NCBI GenBank assembly: GCA_965645245.1
Contig: OZ287067.1
Span: 3,596,001 to 3,660,000 of the forward strand
Direction: 5' to 3'
DNA: 64,000 nt
DNA from: Massalongia carnosa
Lineage: Eukaryota
Part shown: piece after piece, positions 22,129 to 33,886 of the stretch
Layout: each line of letters begins with the position of its first letter
Numbering within the stretch: position 1 is the first letter of the stretch
The notes under the pieces: generated by a model
The model's database searches: none
What the model saw: the letters and a program-made list of their open reading frames with translations, nothing else
What the model was told of the DNA's origin: nothing
Program-made: the position numbers and the translations under genes

Positions 22129-25100
22129 TGTTATCAAAAGGCAGTATAGTAATATATAGTCAATAGAGGATAGAACGCTTGCTTTTGTTTTATATAGTTG
22201 GAATAGCTAGATTTATAGACAATGTACGGTATGCTAGTATTAGACTAGCGATACGTCTAGCCATTAGCGTGCGCCATACTCGTGCGGTAGAAGGTGAGTG
22301 CGGCTGAAATGAAGTAGCCTGATTTGTACATTCTAACACTCCCACTCAGGCACTGAAATAGCACTCCCAGATGATAAAGAGAAAATCAATAACTCCCACA
22401 TACTCCAGTATAATATCATGCTTCCTAGTGGATCACCTGCAGGTGAGTTAGTGTACTCCGCAGGCTAATGCTGCTGGTGATGTACCAAAACACCCCCGCA
22501 GGCTCAGCTGTGGGTGATACTTTTTTTTGGGGGGGTTAAGGTCGGATTTTTACGACAAAGGGCTTCTGGTTTACTTTAAGCCTAAAGCCCTTCGAAAGAC
22601 AACAAATTTATCGTTTGGTAGGGCCTTAATTAGGCCGACAGCCACCTGCTCTTCGGTAGGAACATAGCAAAATTCCACTGATTTGTCTTCGATCTTCTCT
22701 CTTTGGTAGTGCCATTGGATGTCGATATGCTTGGTCCGCGCGTGTGCCTGGGGGTTTTGGCCAAAGCCATTGCTCCTTGATTGTCGCAGTGAATGATGAT
22801 AGCGTTTAGGGCGAAAGATATAGGCAAGTAGGCAAGGGCTACAGAGGTGCTCTGGGTTTGGATAGAGTTATTCCCAAGGACTTGAGGTGTTGAGAGTTGG
22901 TCGAGAAGACTAGACAACCAGGCGGCTTCCTTGGTGGCTTGGGTCTGACCCATGTACTCGACTTCGCATGAAGATAGGGCTACGGTCGGTTGTCGTTTGG
23001 AAGACCAGCTAATAGCGCCACTACCAACATTAAACACGAAGCCAGAGGTAGTAGACCTTCGGGTATGATGATCTCCGGCCCAATCCGCGTCAGTGTAACA
23101 GTTCAAGGCTTATAGGCGATCTTTGTATGTTAACTGCAACGGAAGAGTGCCCTTGATGTATCGAAAGATGCGTTTGACTGCCTTCCAGTGCGTGTCGGTC
23201 GGGTTCGAGGCATAGCGGCTGACCACCGGTACGATGTAGGCTAAGTCAAGTCTGGTGCCTAGCATAGCATACATGAGAGAGCCCACCGCTGATTGGTAGC
23301 GGAGGCGAGAGTCATCTGTGGCCTGATGGCCCTCTGGTGCAGCCTCCAGTCACCCATCCATCGGGGTAGCCACGGGTTAAGTGTCCCACATGCCATGGTC
23401 GCGTAGTACTTTTTCCAGATAGGCCTGCCGAGCAAGGCGAAGAATCCTGTTGGCCCGATCCCGAGTTATCGTCATGCCCAGGTAGTAATTGACAGGGCCT
23501 AAATTAACCATCGAGAACTCGTCGCTCAGCAGTTTCTTGACACGTTGTATCTCGGAAGAAGAAGGGCCAGTGATGATTAAATCATCGACATAAATGGCTA
23601 CGATAACCCCTTTTTTAACGAAAACGCTAAGGTCGGCATTGACTGGAACGAAGTCATGAGACTTAAAAAAAATAGTGATCGTTTCATACGAGATTCTAGA
23701 CGACTGTTTCAGGCCATAAAGAGCTTTCTTCAACTTGCAAACTCTCGTTGACCCGTCATCCAGACCGGTTGGTTGCTCCACGTAGATTTCCTCGTCCACC
23801 CTTCCGTACAAGAAGGCTGTTTTTACGTCCATTTGGTGAATTTCCCAGTCATTGGCTGCAGCGATAGCGAAGATGGCTATATAGCTCATTGGCTTCACTA
23901 CTGAAGCAAAAGTCTCATTGTAGTCAATGCCTTCACGTTGTTCAAAGCCTCTAACCACCCATCGAGTCTTGTAACGAAGAATCTCGCCAGCCGGGCCTCG
24001 TTTGCTTTTATAAACCCATTTGCCTCGCCGGGCTTTGCGGTCCGAGGGCAGGGAGGTGAGGATCCAGGTATCATTTTCGTTGATAGAGTCGATTTCTTCC
24101 TGCATTGCCCTTCGCCAATCCTTTTCCTCCCGACTGTCTACGGCCTGTTTATAGGATTTAGGCTTGTATGGCTCCGGGTCATTGGCTCGAGCAAGAAGGG
24201 CCAAAAAAGCTAGTGGGTCAGGCGAGGGGGCACGAAGTTCTGGGTGCTTAGAGAGAATATCTGCCTGGGACCGAGGCTCAATGGGCCGTTGGTTTGCCAA
24301 TGCCTCTTGTCTTGTCTAGCGTTTGGTGGGAGAGGTCCAGTGGGATTTGATTCTATGGATTCATGAGCGTCGACTAAGTCCGTATGAGGGGCGTCCGTTT
24401 GATGGGTAATTTTTTTGCTTTCTCGTGGGCAGTCCTGACTGTCCAACATGTAGGGCTCTTTTAGTTTGAGAGAATGATAAGGAAGGAGGAGTTGGGGGAT
24501 TGTTATCTATCCACTGAACATTGGAATAACGCATGACCGCGCCCCGTGGATTTATCATTCGATAGATGTGATCGCCTTCGTATCCTACTACAGTACATTT
24601 GGTGGCTCGTTCCTGAAATTTCTTCTATCCGGTGGAGGGCTTGCGATTTTGCGCATAGCCAGTCTGTCCTATTATCTACCCTTAGATGTCCTAGTTCTGG
24701 TAGGCTGCCGGTGTGAGACTCGTATGGGGTGATGGAGCGTCCCGCAGTTGGTTGTCGATTTCGTAGGTAGTTGGCGGTGAGAACCATTTCAGCCCAATAT
24801 TTGATGTCGAGTTTAGCGCCTTCTCGCATGGTGCTGGCTAACTTGTGAAGCGTTTGACCTAGGCGCTCGGCTGTCCCGTTCATGGGTGGATTTCCCGGTA
24901 CCGTAGGCTCCCACTGAATGCCATGCTCGTTTATGAAATCCTCGAAGTCTTTGGAGTCATACTCACCCCCGTAGTCCGATCGCAAGCGCTTAATTCGTTT
25001 GTCCCCATATTCGTTTTGCTTCTTGTAGTTTTTAAAGCCTTGAAGGACTCCGCTTTTGACGCGCAGTAAAGTGACATGAGACCATTTATCGAAATCGCAA

Positions 25101-26305
25101 AGAAAAGTTACCAAATATTTGGCGCCATTCAAGGCTTCTGGGAAAGGTCCTGGACATCGCTGTGAGTTAAGTCCAGCGGGTGCTTGCCTGGTTGGATGGG
25201 GGCCCGATATGGTTCTACTTGGGACTGAGCGATGGCGCACGGAGGACAGGCGTCTTGGGGCGGGGGCTTGGTGAGGTCCATTCCTTTTGACATGCCAGCG
25301 AGCTTGAGAATGTTTTGATTTCCAAGATAGCCTAAACGAGCGTGCTACATTTTTATCGCCTCGCTATTAATTGCAGCGAGAGCGAGGGCGGCTTCAGAGA
25401 CGTTCCACATGTTCAGGATATACAGATTGTTGTCCTGGCGGCGAGCAGTGATACCATAGTTCCCGATTTCAATTCCCTCTGGTACGATCTTCAGGGGACA
25501 TCCATCTCGTTGTAATTGTCCTTGGGAAATGAGATTTAGGCCTCCGTCCGGAACGTATAACACATCGAAAAGAGGGAACTCCCGAAGACCCTCGTTACCG
25601 GCACACCGCAACATGATGTTACCTATTCCTTTGGGAATTAATACTCCTCCAATGCCTTGAATTGGTGGGCAATCGGATGTCTTGAATGAGGTGAAGATGG
25701 AGCGATCGTGGGTAATATGTTGCCTAGTTCCAGAGTCACAGATCCAGTGCTTAGATATTTTGGTTATATCCGCGGTGGCCATGTAGGCGCAGAAGGCTCC
25801 TTTGGTTGAGTCATTATTTCCGGTTGGCTTTTGACTTTGACCTTGACTTTTGGAACTCCTACGACGCTTATAGGACTTACGCCGTGAGTCTTGGTTAACG
25901 AGGTGTGGATATTTTTCATGACACTCGCTCTCTCTACGTGATAGTCCTTTCGGCAGTGGTTGCAGTACTTGATGGTCTTGGTGATGATTCGAGAATGGGC
26001 TGTTCCAGGTTGAGCTCCTGCTTGGGTTTGAGCGTTTGAAGCAGCTGCCTTTGCGGTTACGGTCTTATCGTTGGACTTGCTTGGGTTGGTCACCGTGTTT
26101 TGGAAATGCTGCTTAGCCTGACTTAATGTGTGCTTGGATTCACCCATTTCATTGAAAGGATCATGATCCTGAGCGTATCGTTCGAAATAGCTGTTGTATT
26201 CGAAGCCTAAATTGGTATGAAAGCGATAGATAAGCCAGTTTTCGTCCAGGCTTAGCTTGCTTGAGAAGATGCGAAGCTTATTGACAGTGGCGCGAAATTG
26301 GGTAA
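22129..26305 (-). mobile_element. Degenerate Ty1/Copia retrotransposon, 5'-truncated
   Basis: 3' LTR 22129-22338 (TG..CA) next to a GAGTGGGAG PPT. Frameshifted RNase H (YTDADWAG), RT (YVDD), integrase, protease (WICDSG) and gag fragments. Confidence 0.9.
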
Positions 26306-26953
26306 CAGGGCTGCTGCAATCCGATAGGATACACCCGTTTGCAAAATGGTGTGCCGAACTTTGAACCCCGAAACTGCGCGGTAAAAAAAAAAAAATAAGC
26401 GACAGAATTGGACCACACACCAGAATTTGGTGCAGTAGCTAATAGCCCTACTCCCCTTCACACTGCCCTTTGCAGTCTATAGGATAGTATGGTTAATGAT
26501 ATCCTTTTGATTGTCGTTTGTATGAACTTTCAACGTAGTTATTCCAGTCATCATGCCTCGAAAACAGCCTCCTAAACAGCCTTCAAAACAGCCTTCAAAA
26601 CAGCCCCCCAAACAGCCCTCCAAACAATCATGAAAACGGGCATCTACTACTGAATTACCTAGAAACTCAGCACCTTCATTTAAACAAAGGCTTAGAATCA
26701 ATCCTCCTAGATCATCATCACCAGTTTTAAATGCCCGTATTCCTGATCTTCCATCACGTCCACCTTTACCATCTCCTCCAGCTTCTCCTTCGGCTTCGCC
26801 TTTACCTCCTCATCGTTTCCTCCCCCCCGAGCCAAGGAATGTTCGTCCGACTCGCAGTAGTGCGCCTTCTCCTTGTCTTTCTGAGCTATCTAGTGCTCCT
26901 GAACCTGAGCCTGAGCCTGAGCCCGAGCCTGTTTGTTTACTCTGATTTACAAA
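26306..26953 (+). mobile_element. 5' end of a probable DNA transposon (hAT-like?) with a Pro/Lys/Gln-rich ORF start
   Basis: Abruptly replaces Copia gag with CAGGGCTGCTGCAATCC. The ATG at ~26553 gives MPRKQPPKQPSKQPSKQPPKQPSKQS* (12-bp repeats). No second TIR seen. Confidence 0.35.
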
Positions 26954-27250
26954 TATCAAGCTGGTTATCGCTTAGATATGCGTAAGCTTTCCAGCTTATT
27001 TGTTAGATAGGTTTACGTTCTAAAAGAGACTCATTTTGGATTTGATAAATTGATCTGGTTTATTTAGGATGGTTGTTGTTGATAGAAATCATCTCTAGCT
27101 AAATATCTATTTTACCTTATCCCATCACCTTTTGTGTGTACTCGGTAGCCAGCCATTCACTAAGTACAACACTTGCTAACCGAGTGACACTTCTATTAGT
27201 GGTGATATTGGCAGGCCACCTACCAATTAGTGTGGTCTAATCGGTTAACA
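26954..27250. repeat. Solo LTR (~297 bp) without TSD
   Basis: Near-identical to 46069-46365, ends TTAACA. Flanks ACAAA and GTTCC do not match. Confidence 0.8.
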
Positions 27251-28360
27251 GTTCCTCAAACCCGTCAACACCCATATCGTATTGTTTACTTCGGGCTATT
27301 TCCTTATAGCTGCCTGTGTACCAATTCCTCAGCATGCTCTCTATGGGTCTATCCACCAACTTGCACCCAAATTCCCTTTCCCACGCACGACGAGCGCAGA
27401 TCCATAGAAGCACATAAAAGAACGACTCGAGGTCATGCCGATAGGTATGAGCGACTTTGCGTAGCACTTCAATCGCCATAAACTCCATTGTGCCTCTCTG
27501 ATGCCGTGCGCCGGTTCGCCCGCCACCGACTATTTTCGCAAGATCTGCATCGATCAGCATTCCCGTGAAGCCATTGGCCTGCTTTGGATTTGTTATTATG
27601 ATGTTGTTTTCCGAGATGTCTCTGTGCAGTATAGATCCTTCCAAGTACAAGGATCTATGCGCCTTGATCGCATCACGAAGTGTCATTAACAGCTCTAGGA
27701 TCGAGTAAAAATCCTTGATTGCTCGTCCGGCCGGCGAGATAATTAAGCAGCCGAATACGCGATTTTCGAATGATCTGTCGCTTGGGTCACAGAAACTCGA
27801 GGCTTGTGTATTTTCAAGGGCTTGTGACGATTCGTGTCCCTGAGAGAGATCTGATCTTTGATTGTTGGATCTCGACCGCATCGAGGACTTTTCTTCGCTT
27901 TCCTCAGACTTTCGTTTCCTTGTACCGGCATTTCCCGGGGGCTTGCGACACTTCGTGCTCCTTGCGTGACGTCGAATTCTGACTGGTGGTTGCGGGCTCC
28001 TTAAACAACTTTCCTTCGTGGTCCACAGACTTTCGGCCCCTTGTCTGTGCAATCTTTAGGGCCTCTGTAGTATTGTGTTCTTGATGTAGTCTTGACCTTT
28101 CACTGTTGAATCTGGGCCTTTTTGAAGCTTTTGCTTCATTAGCTGGAGCTTTTCGTTTCGAAAAGGTGCGTTGGAACGGCCCGAAAGACTGAGAAAGTGG
28201 CTGCTGTGATTGAGATTGCGAGAAAGATGCCGAGGCGTTTGCTGAGGTATTTCGGAAGCGGTGAGGAGCGGGAAAGGTCAATCCGCTGCGCATTTCCTCG
28301 ATGCTAGTTATGCGTTGGTAGCCCAGCAATCTTGCAATTCCTTTTACACCCTTAGGGTTA
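27251..28360 (-). pseudogene. FunK1 (fungal-type protein kinase) fragment
   Basis: GCLIISPAGR, LRDAIKAHRSLY, ILHRDISENNI, GMLIDADLA, GTMEFMAIE, HTYRHDLESFFYVLLW. Frameshift near 28050, both ends cut by TEs. Confidence 0.85.
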
Positions 28361-30310
28361 ATAGGAACGAATCTGCCCAATCGGCTGGTGCTTCTTCATT
28401 TGAAAGAAACATACCCGAGCCTAAGTCTTACAAGGAAGCAGTAAATGATCCGGTGTGGGGGGAACTATGGAAAGAAGCAGTGAACACCGAGATCAAGGCG
28501 CTCATCGGTAATAAGACTTGGAAAGAAGTAGTTCCACCTCCCAAAACGAACATCGTCATCTGCAAATGGGGTTTTAAAGTAAAAACAAACCTCGATGGTT
28601 CATTGGAGAAGTTTAAAGCAAGATTAGTCGCCCGTGGGTTTACTCAAAAATACGGCATCGACTATGAGGACACTTTCGCTCCCACGGTAAGATCGGATAC
28701 CCTACGTGCAGTGCTTGCCATAGTAACGTGTTGAATTGCACTGCCCTCGTTCTGGAAGTTTCTATGCTTAGTCAGCTGAATGTATATTAGCCGCTCTTCT
28801 CCTATAGAACAATCAACCGTCTCAAGTTCAACATAACGCATTTACCCAATCAACCTTGAAAGATGTCATTTACATGACCGCACCAGAAGGAGTAAACGTT
28901 GCCCCTGGTAGAGTTCTTCAGATTCTGCAAAGTCTATACGGTTTAAAGCAGTCCGTCAGAGAATGGAATAGCCGCTGTATAAACGAGCTGACTAAACTAG
29001 GCTTCATTAGTGCTCATCTGACCCATGCCTATTCACTCATCCTAAAAAGGGAATCATCACATTCATGCATGTAGATGACCTGGTGATCGCCTCCAAAATG
29101 ATGAAAAAGATTAATTGGTTCAAGAAAGAGTTCAATGCTGCCGTTAGCATCAAGGACCTAGGAGAAGTGTCGAAGGTTCTGGGCATACGGGTAACCAGAG
29201 ATCGGAAAAATCGAACTCTTCGAATGGACCAGACGCATTATCTCAAAGATGTGATGGAGAGAACGCATATGAGCACTGACAAACATAGGCCTACCGAAAT
29301 TCCAATGAACGGCTATGATTCATTGCAACCGGCTGGAAAAGATGATAAGCGCATAGATCAAAGAGAATATCAGCAAATTGTTGGAAGCCTGATGTACGCG
29401 GCAATTCATACGCGGCTAGATATAACTTTTGCTCTTGGAAGGCTAAGCCAATATCTCAGTGATCCAGCTGCTCATCACGGTCATGCACTAAAGACGCTGC
29501 TTAGATACGTTCGGTCCACCATTGACATCGGTATACTGTATGGGGCTGGGGGGAATCATGGCCAAGGCCTCATTGGGTATTCCGACTCAAACTACGCAGC
29601 TGATAGGCTCGAAAGAAAATCGATCTTGGGATACGTGTACATGCTAGGGGGAGGGCCTATATCGTGGATGAGCAGAAAGCAAAAGTCGGTTGCTACGTCT
29701 ACAACGGAGGCAGAATACATGGCCTTATCAACTTGTGCTAAGGAGGGTTTATGGCTTGTTCAGTTGATGAAAGACATAGGCTTCGAGAAATATTTCAGTC
29801 CTAACGTCAATATTCGTGAGAACTTGAAGCATCAAGCTGACTCCCCGATGCGGTTAAAAGGAGATAATCAAGCCGCTATCCAACTGGCAAAACATGCTCA
29901 CATTCATGATAGATCTAAGCATATCGACGTTGCCTATCATCACATTCGGGACCTGCACAAGCGAAATCGAATTCAGGTCGAGTACATACCCAGCGGAGAG
30001 ATGATTGCCGACGGTCTGACCAAGTCTCTAAATAAGCCCATCTTCAATCGGTTCATTTGTCAATTGGGACTGCAAAAATGGAAAGAGTAAGGTGGCATCG
30101 CAACGCAGGGGGACTGTTGAATGGCGGTTGCGATTATGGTTGTAATGGCTTGTTGGGCTCACTGCCTCATGGCCCACGTGGATAGCGGGTAGTCTAATAT
30201 TCTCCCGGAAGGCTTTAGGTTTAGCGTGCTTTGCCCCTTTGGTGAAAAGTCTGCTAGGCTTTTTCTTTTAGATAGCTTTATAGTCAATGCGATCACCTGC
30301 AACCAGAGTC
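28361..30310 (+). mobile_element. 3' part of a Ty1/Copia retrotransposon (RT, RNase H, PPT, 3' LTR from 30115)
   Basis: [32 protein letters not shown] and SKHIDV. GGGGGAC then TGTTGA at 30115. The LTR right end is uncertain. Confidence 0.88.
28729..28833. repeat. Very short solo LTR (105 bp)
   Basis: TGTTGAA...TTCAACA flanked by TAACG on both sides. Confidence 0.75.
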
Positions 30311-30540
30311 TCCTTTTAACTCTCATTTGAATTTTGACGTTTTGATTAATTATTTCATTAGGTGCAAAAACAAACTCCCTTTATTCATTCGCGACCCCGT
30401 TTTGTTTCTTCAGACGCTCCCATTTTTTCTTCTATCGTTTCCGAATTTCGGGTTGACGCGTTATCGAGTGCAAAAATAAAATATTTATTGCTCGCACGAG
30501 AAACGCTTGCTGAATATCAACGTGAACTCGATACAGGAAT

Positions 30541-33506
30541 ATTAATCGTGCTAAACCACTTTCGGAATAGAAGGGCATCCCTTAGTGCTTACCATCTCAA
30601 TGACGCATTGGGCTCAATGTCGTTTTTTTCACCATCTACCTACCATCTTTGACACGTAAACACCCCACACCATGCCTTCTGATTCTTATTATAAACTCGA
30701 AAATCGTATTGAAGAGGCCATTGACGCGCTTCATGATGGTTGATATAAGAATTGCACCAAGGCTGCGCGTGCATACGACGTGCCCATTCGTCAACTTCAA
30801 AGACGATGGAATAGGTCCAATTCCAAAAGCACCCGCCCCAGCACCAACAAAGCTCTTACGGAGGAGCAAGAGGAGGCAATTCGCGAGTATATTGATCGAT
30901 GTGACCGGTTCAATATGTGCGCTAGGCCAAAGATGATTGTGGGGGCGGCGAATTATTTGATTCGTACAGAGGATCGAAAGGTGGGGCATCAGTGGTTCAA
31001 TCGATTTCTTGAACGAAATCCACAGTACAACAAGCGCAAACAAAAGCCCCTGGCGACAGATCAAAAAAACAGTCACAGTCTCACAGATATGCGGGATTAT
31101 TTCCATAAATTGAAGGCTGCTATTGAGAACAAGGGCATTACCGACGTGGACGTTTGGAACATGGATGAAACAGGCTTTCGCATTGGCTGTGGGCGGGCTC
31201 AAATGGTGATTACCATGGACCCGAAAAAGCCTTTGCGAATGACGGACCCGGACAATCGTGATTATATCACGACGGTGGAGTGTATAAGTTCTGGAGGGGA
31301 GGTGATTCCCCCTTTGATCATCATTTCAGGGGTGCAGATTTTGCATAAATGGTGTCAGGAAAATGATCTACATGATGACATTCTCATTGGCACCAGCGAC
31401 AGTGGTTATTCAAATGATGATTTAGCTATGGACTGGTTGAATCACTTCATCGAGCATACGAGTAGCAAAAGGCAAGGTGCATGGCTACTTTTAATCATTG
31501 ACGGTTTTGGATCGCATATGACCATCCCATTTTTTGAACTAGCTACTGCCAACAACATCGTTTTGTTTCGATTACCAGCTCATTCCACTCACCTCACCCA
31601 GCCATTGGACGTAGGTGTTTTTCAACCGTTCAAACACTATCACACCGAGGCAATAGATCGGGCTGTCCGGTTGGGGGACTGTCAGTTTGGTAAGCTGGAA
31701 TTTTGTAAGGGGCTACGAGACCAGTAAGCTTATCACGAGCGACACTGATCTCGAAAGGGGAAATGCTCAGCGTGAGAGGAGGAAGATAGCTACTACGTGC
31801 TAGTCTCCGAGAGTATATGTGATCCAAAGAACTAATGGATGTGGAAGTGCTTGGACCAAGAGATCTCGTCCGAGACCCAAACGTAGGTTGTTCATAGAAT
31901 AAAGACTAATTGCTAACGAATACTACAAGATTCGTTCTGATATTTATCCTACTCACCCCAAGCCTATAGCCTTGGGAGCCTTGGAACCTTAGGAGCCTTG
32001 CAAGCCTTGGGAGTCTTGCGAGCATTACAGCCTTGCAATCCACATCCGACTTTATCGCATTACATCCAACCATCCCTCAGGATCCATCCACGAACTCGGC
32101 GTTCGCTGGATCATCTAGTCAGCCTCGAGCAGCCTTCTAGATCTTCCCTTGCAAGGTAGAACAATTCTACCCCCGGCTAGATCCCTCAATACATGCCTCA
32201 GGCTATGTAGCTTCATTTCGCCGTCACCACTACCTAGTGATGGAAGGTTACCTCCGACTGAATACCTCGCTACACTGCGGACCTGCCTCTAGACACAAGG
32301 TCTAGACAACGAGGTCATGTAGGTTCATTCAGCCGACATCACTACCAACGTAGTAATAAAGGTTGAAGCTGAAGTTTACACAGGGGAGCCTAGCTCAAGC
32401 TGCGTCCAGCGAGCCGTGCCTCCTGCTACCTCTCTTGAACCATCAAGAGATCCAGTAGCTCCGAGTAGGCCAGTAGATCCCATATAGAGTTCCTCGGCGT
32501 CTCCACAGGAGTCCGCCTTACACTCCATGGCAATCTACCACCACGGCCTCGACAGGTGTTTGATCTGTAAGTAGTCAAGAACGTGATAACAATAACTCCG
32601 AAGTTTCGGGGCAAGATGGCAGTGTGTCAGCCTCGACGGCTTATGCGACTTCGTACTACGGCATGGTCCACGCTAGTTAATCCCGCAACCGCCATAGGCG
32701 ATCACGTATCCCTTTAGCGCCATCCGTATTACAAATTTCTCGCTGCATTTCAGGGCTTCCGAAATGAAACGTTCAAACCATCCACCATCCGTCATGCGTT
32801 CAAATCAACCGGAATCGTACCGTTTGACCCAAACGTTGTCCTGGACAAAATTCGAGAAAAGGAGGCACGATTGAGGGAGTCAGTCATTCGAACTCCCTCC
32901 CCCCCCCGCTTCCATTGAATCAATGCACACCCCATGGGCCCGAATCGGTTGTTCGGTACGGTCGAAAGCTTCAGAGAGCCATTGCCAAAGCGGGACCCAA
33001 TGATAAACTGGAGGTTCAACAGGTTGAACGGTTCGTTCGCGGTTCGGTGGCATCCGCTCATGCTTTGGATTTGACCACTCGAGACCTTCATGCCATGCAG
33101 GAAGCAGCTTCATCACGTCAGAAACGAGCCGTTCTTGGTGGACAGGTGGCCTCTCAGGGTGAAATCATCAAGGTAAGTCAGTGTAGGGAGCTTTGTTCAA
33201 AAAGAAAGCAGAAGGAGGAGGAAAAGGCGAAACGGAAGAAGGCTAGGGAGGAGAAAGCGGCTGAGAAAAAAAAAGATTCTCAGCTGAATCAAATAGTATT
33301 TCTCATCAACGACACACCTTTGGTAGATTAGTCAATTCGATACGTATCAAAATTGAAACATTCACAATCGGGGTTGTTTTGATGATGTGGTGAATTGTTT
33401 GGTTGGTAGATGATGAAAAAAACGACATTGAGCCCAATGCGTCATTGAGATGGTAAGCACTAAGGGATGCCCTTCCATTCCGAAAGTGGTTTAGCACGAT
33501 TAACGG
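30541..33506 (+). mobile_element. pogo/Fot1-like DNA transposon interrupted by a solo LTR
   Basis: ~100-bp TIRs (TTAATCGTGCTAAACCACTTTCGGAAT...). Transposase from ATG 30672 with WNMDETGF, IIDGFGSH and QPLDVG, continuing at 32739-33331. Early TGA and a poly-C frameshift. Confidence 0.9.
31704..32733. repeat. Long solo LTR (1030 bp)
   Basis: TGTAA...TTACA with TSD AATTT (31699-703, 32734-38). The transposase frame resumes after removal. Confidence 0.85.
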
Positions 33507-33886
33507 AAGGGTGCGGAAACGTATTCCGCACGTGGGCGATGCAGCCCGCCAAGATGATCCTAATGTGGCTCGGGCTCCTAGAATCGGATACTTTACGTCT
33601 CGCACTACTTCAATTCTTTCCTTTGTATCTAACTGCGTCTAAGTATTTGCTTTCTGAATGAACCTTGCATATTGGAATCGAATCATAGCAATATTTACTA
33701 GCTTATATCACCATTTCCGACATTGAACCCAACCGACGAAATAAGACGTTATATCAATCCCGTAGTACAATAGCATATGCTACGGGCGCAACCGCTTTTA
33801 GTCGAACACTATAGACAAAGGTTTGCGAAACCCAATATGAATATGACTGACTATCTCCGTGATTAGCAAGTGTGCTATCTATCAGT

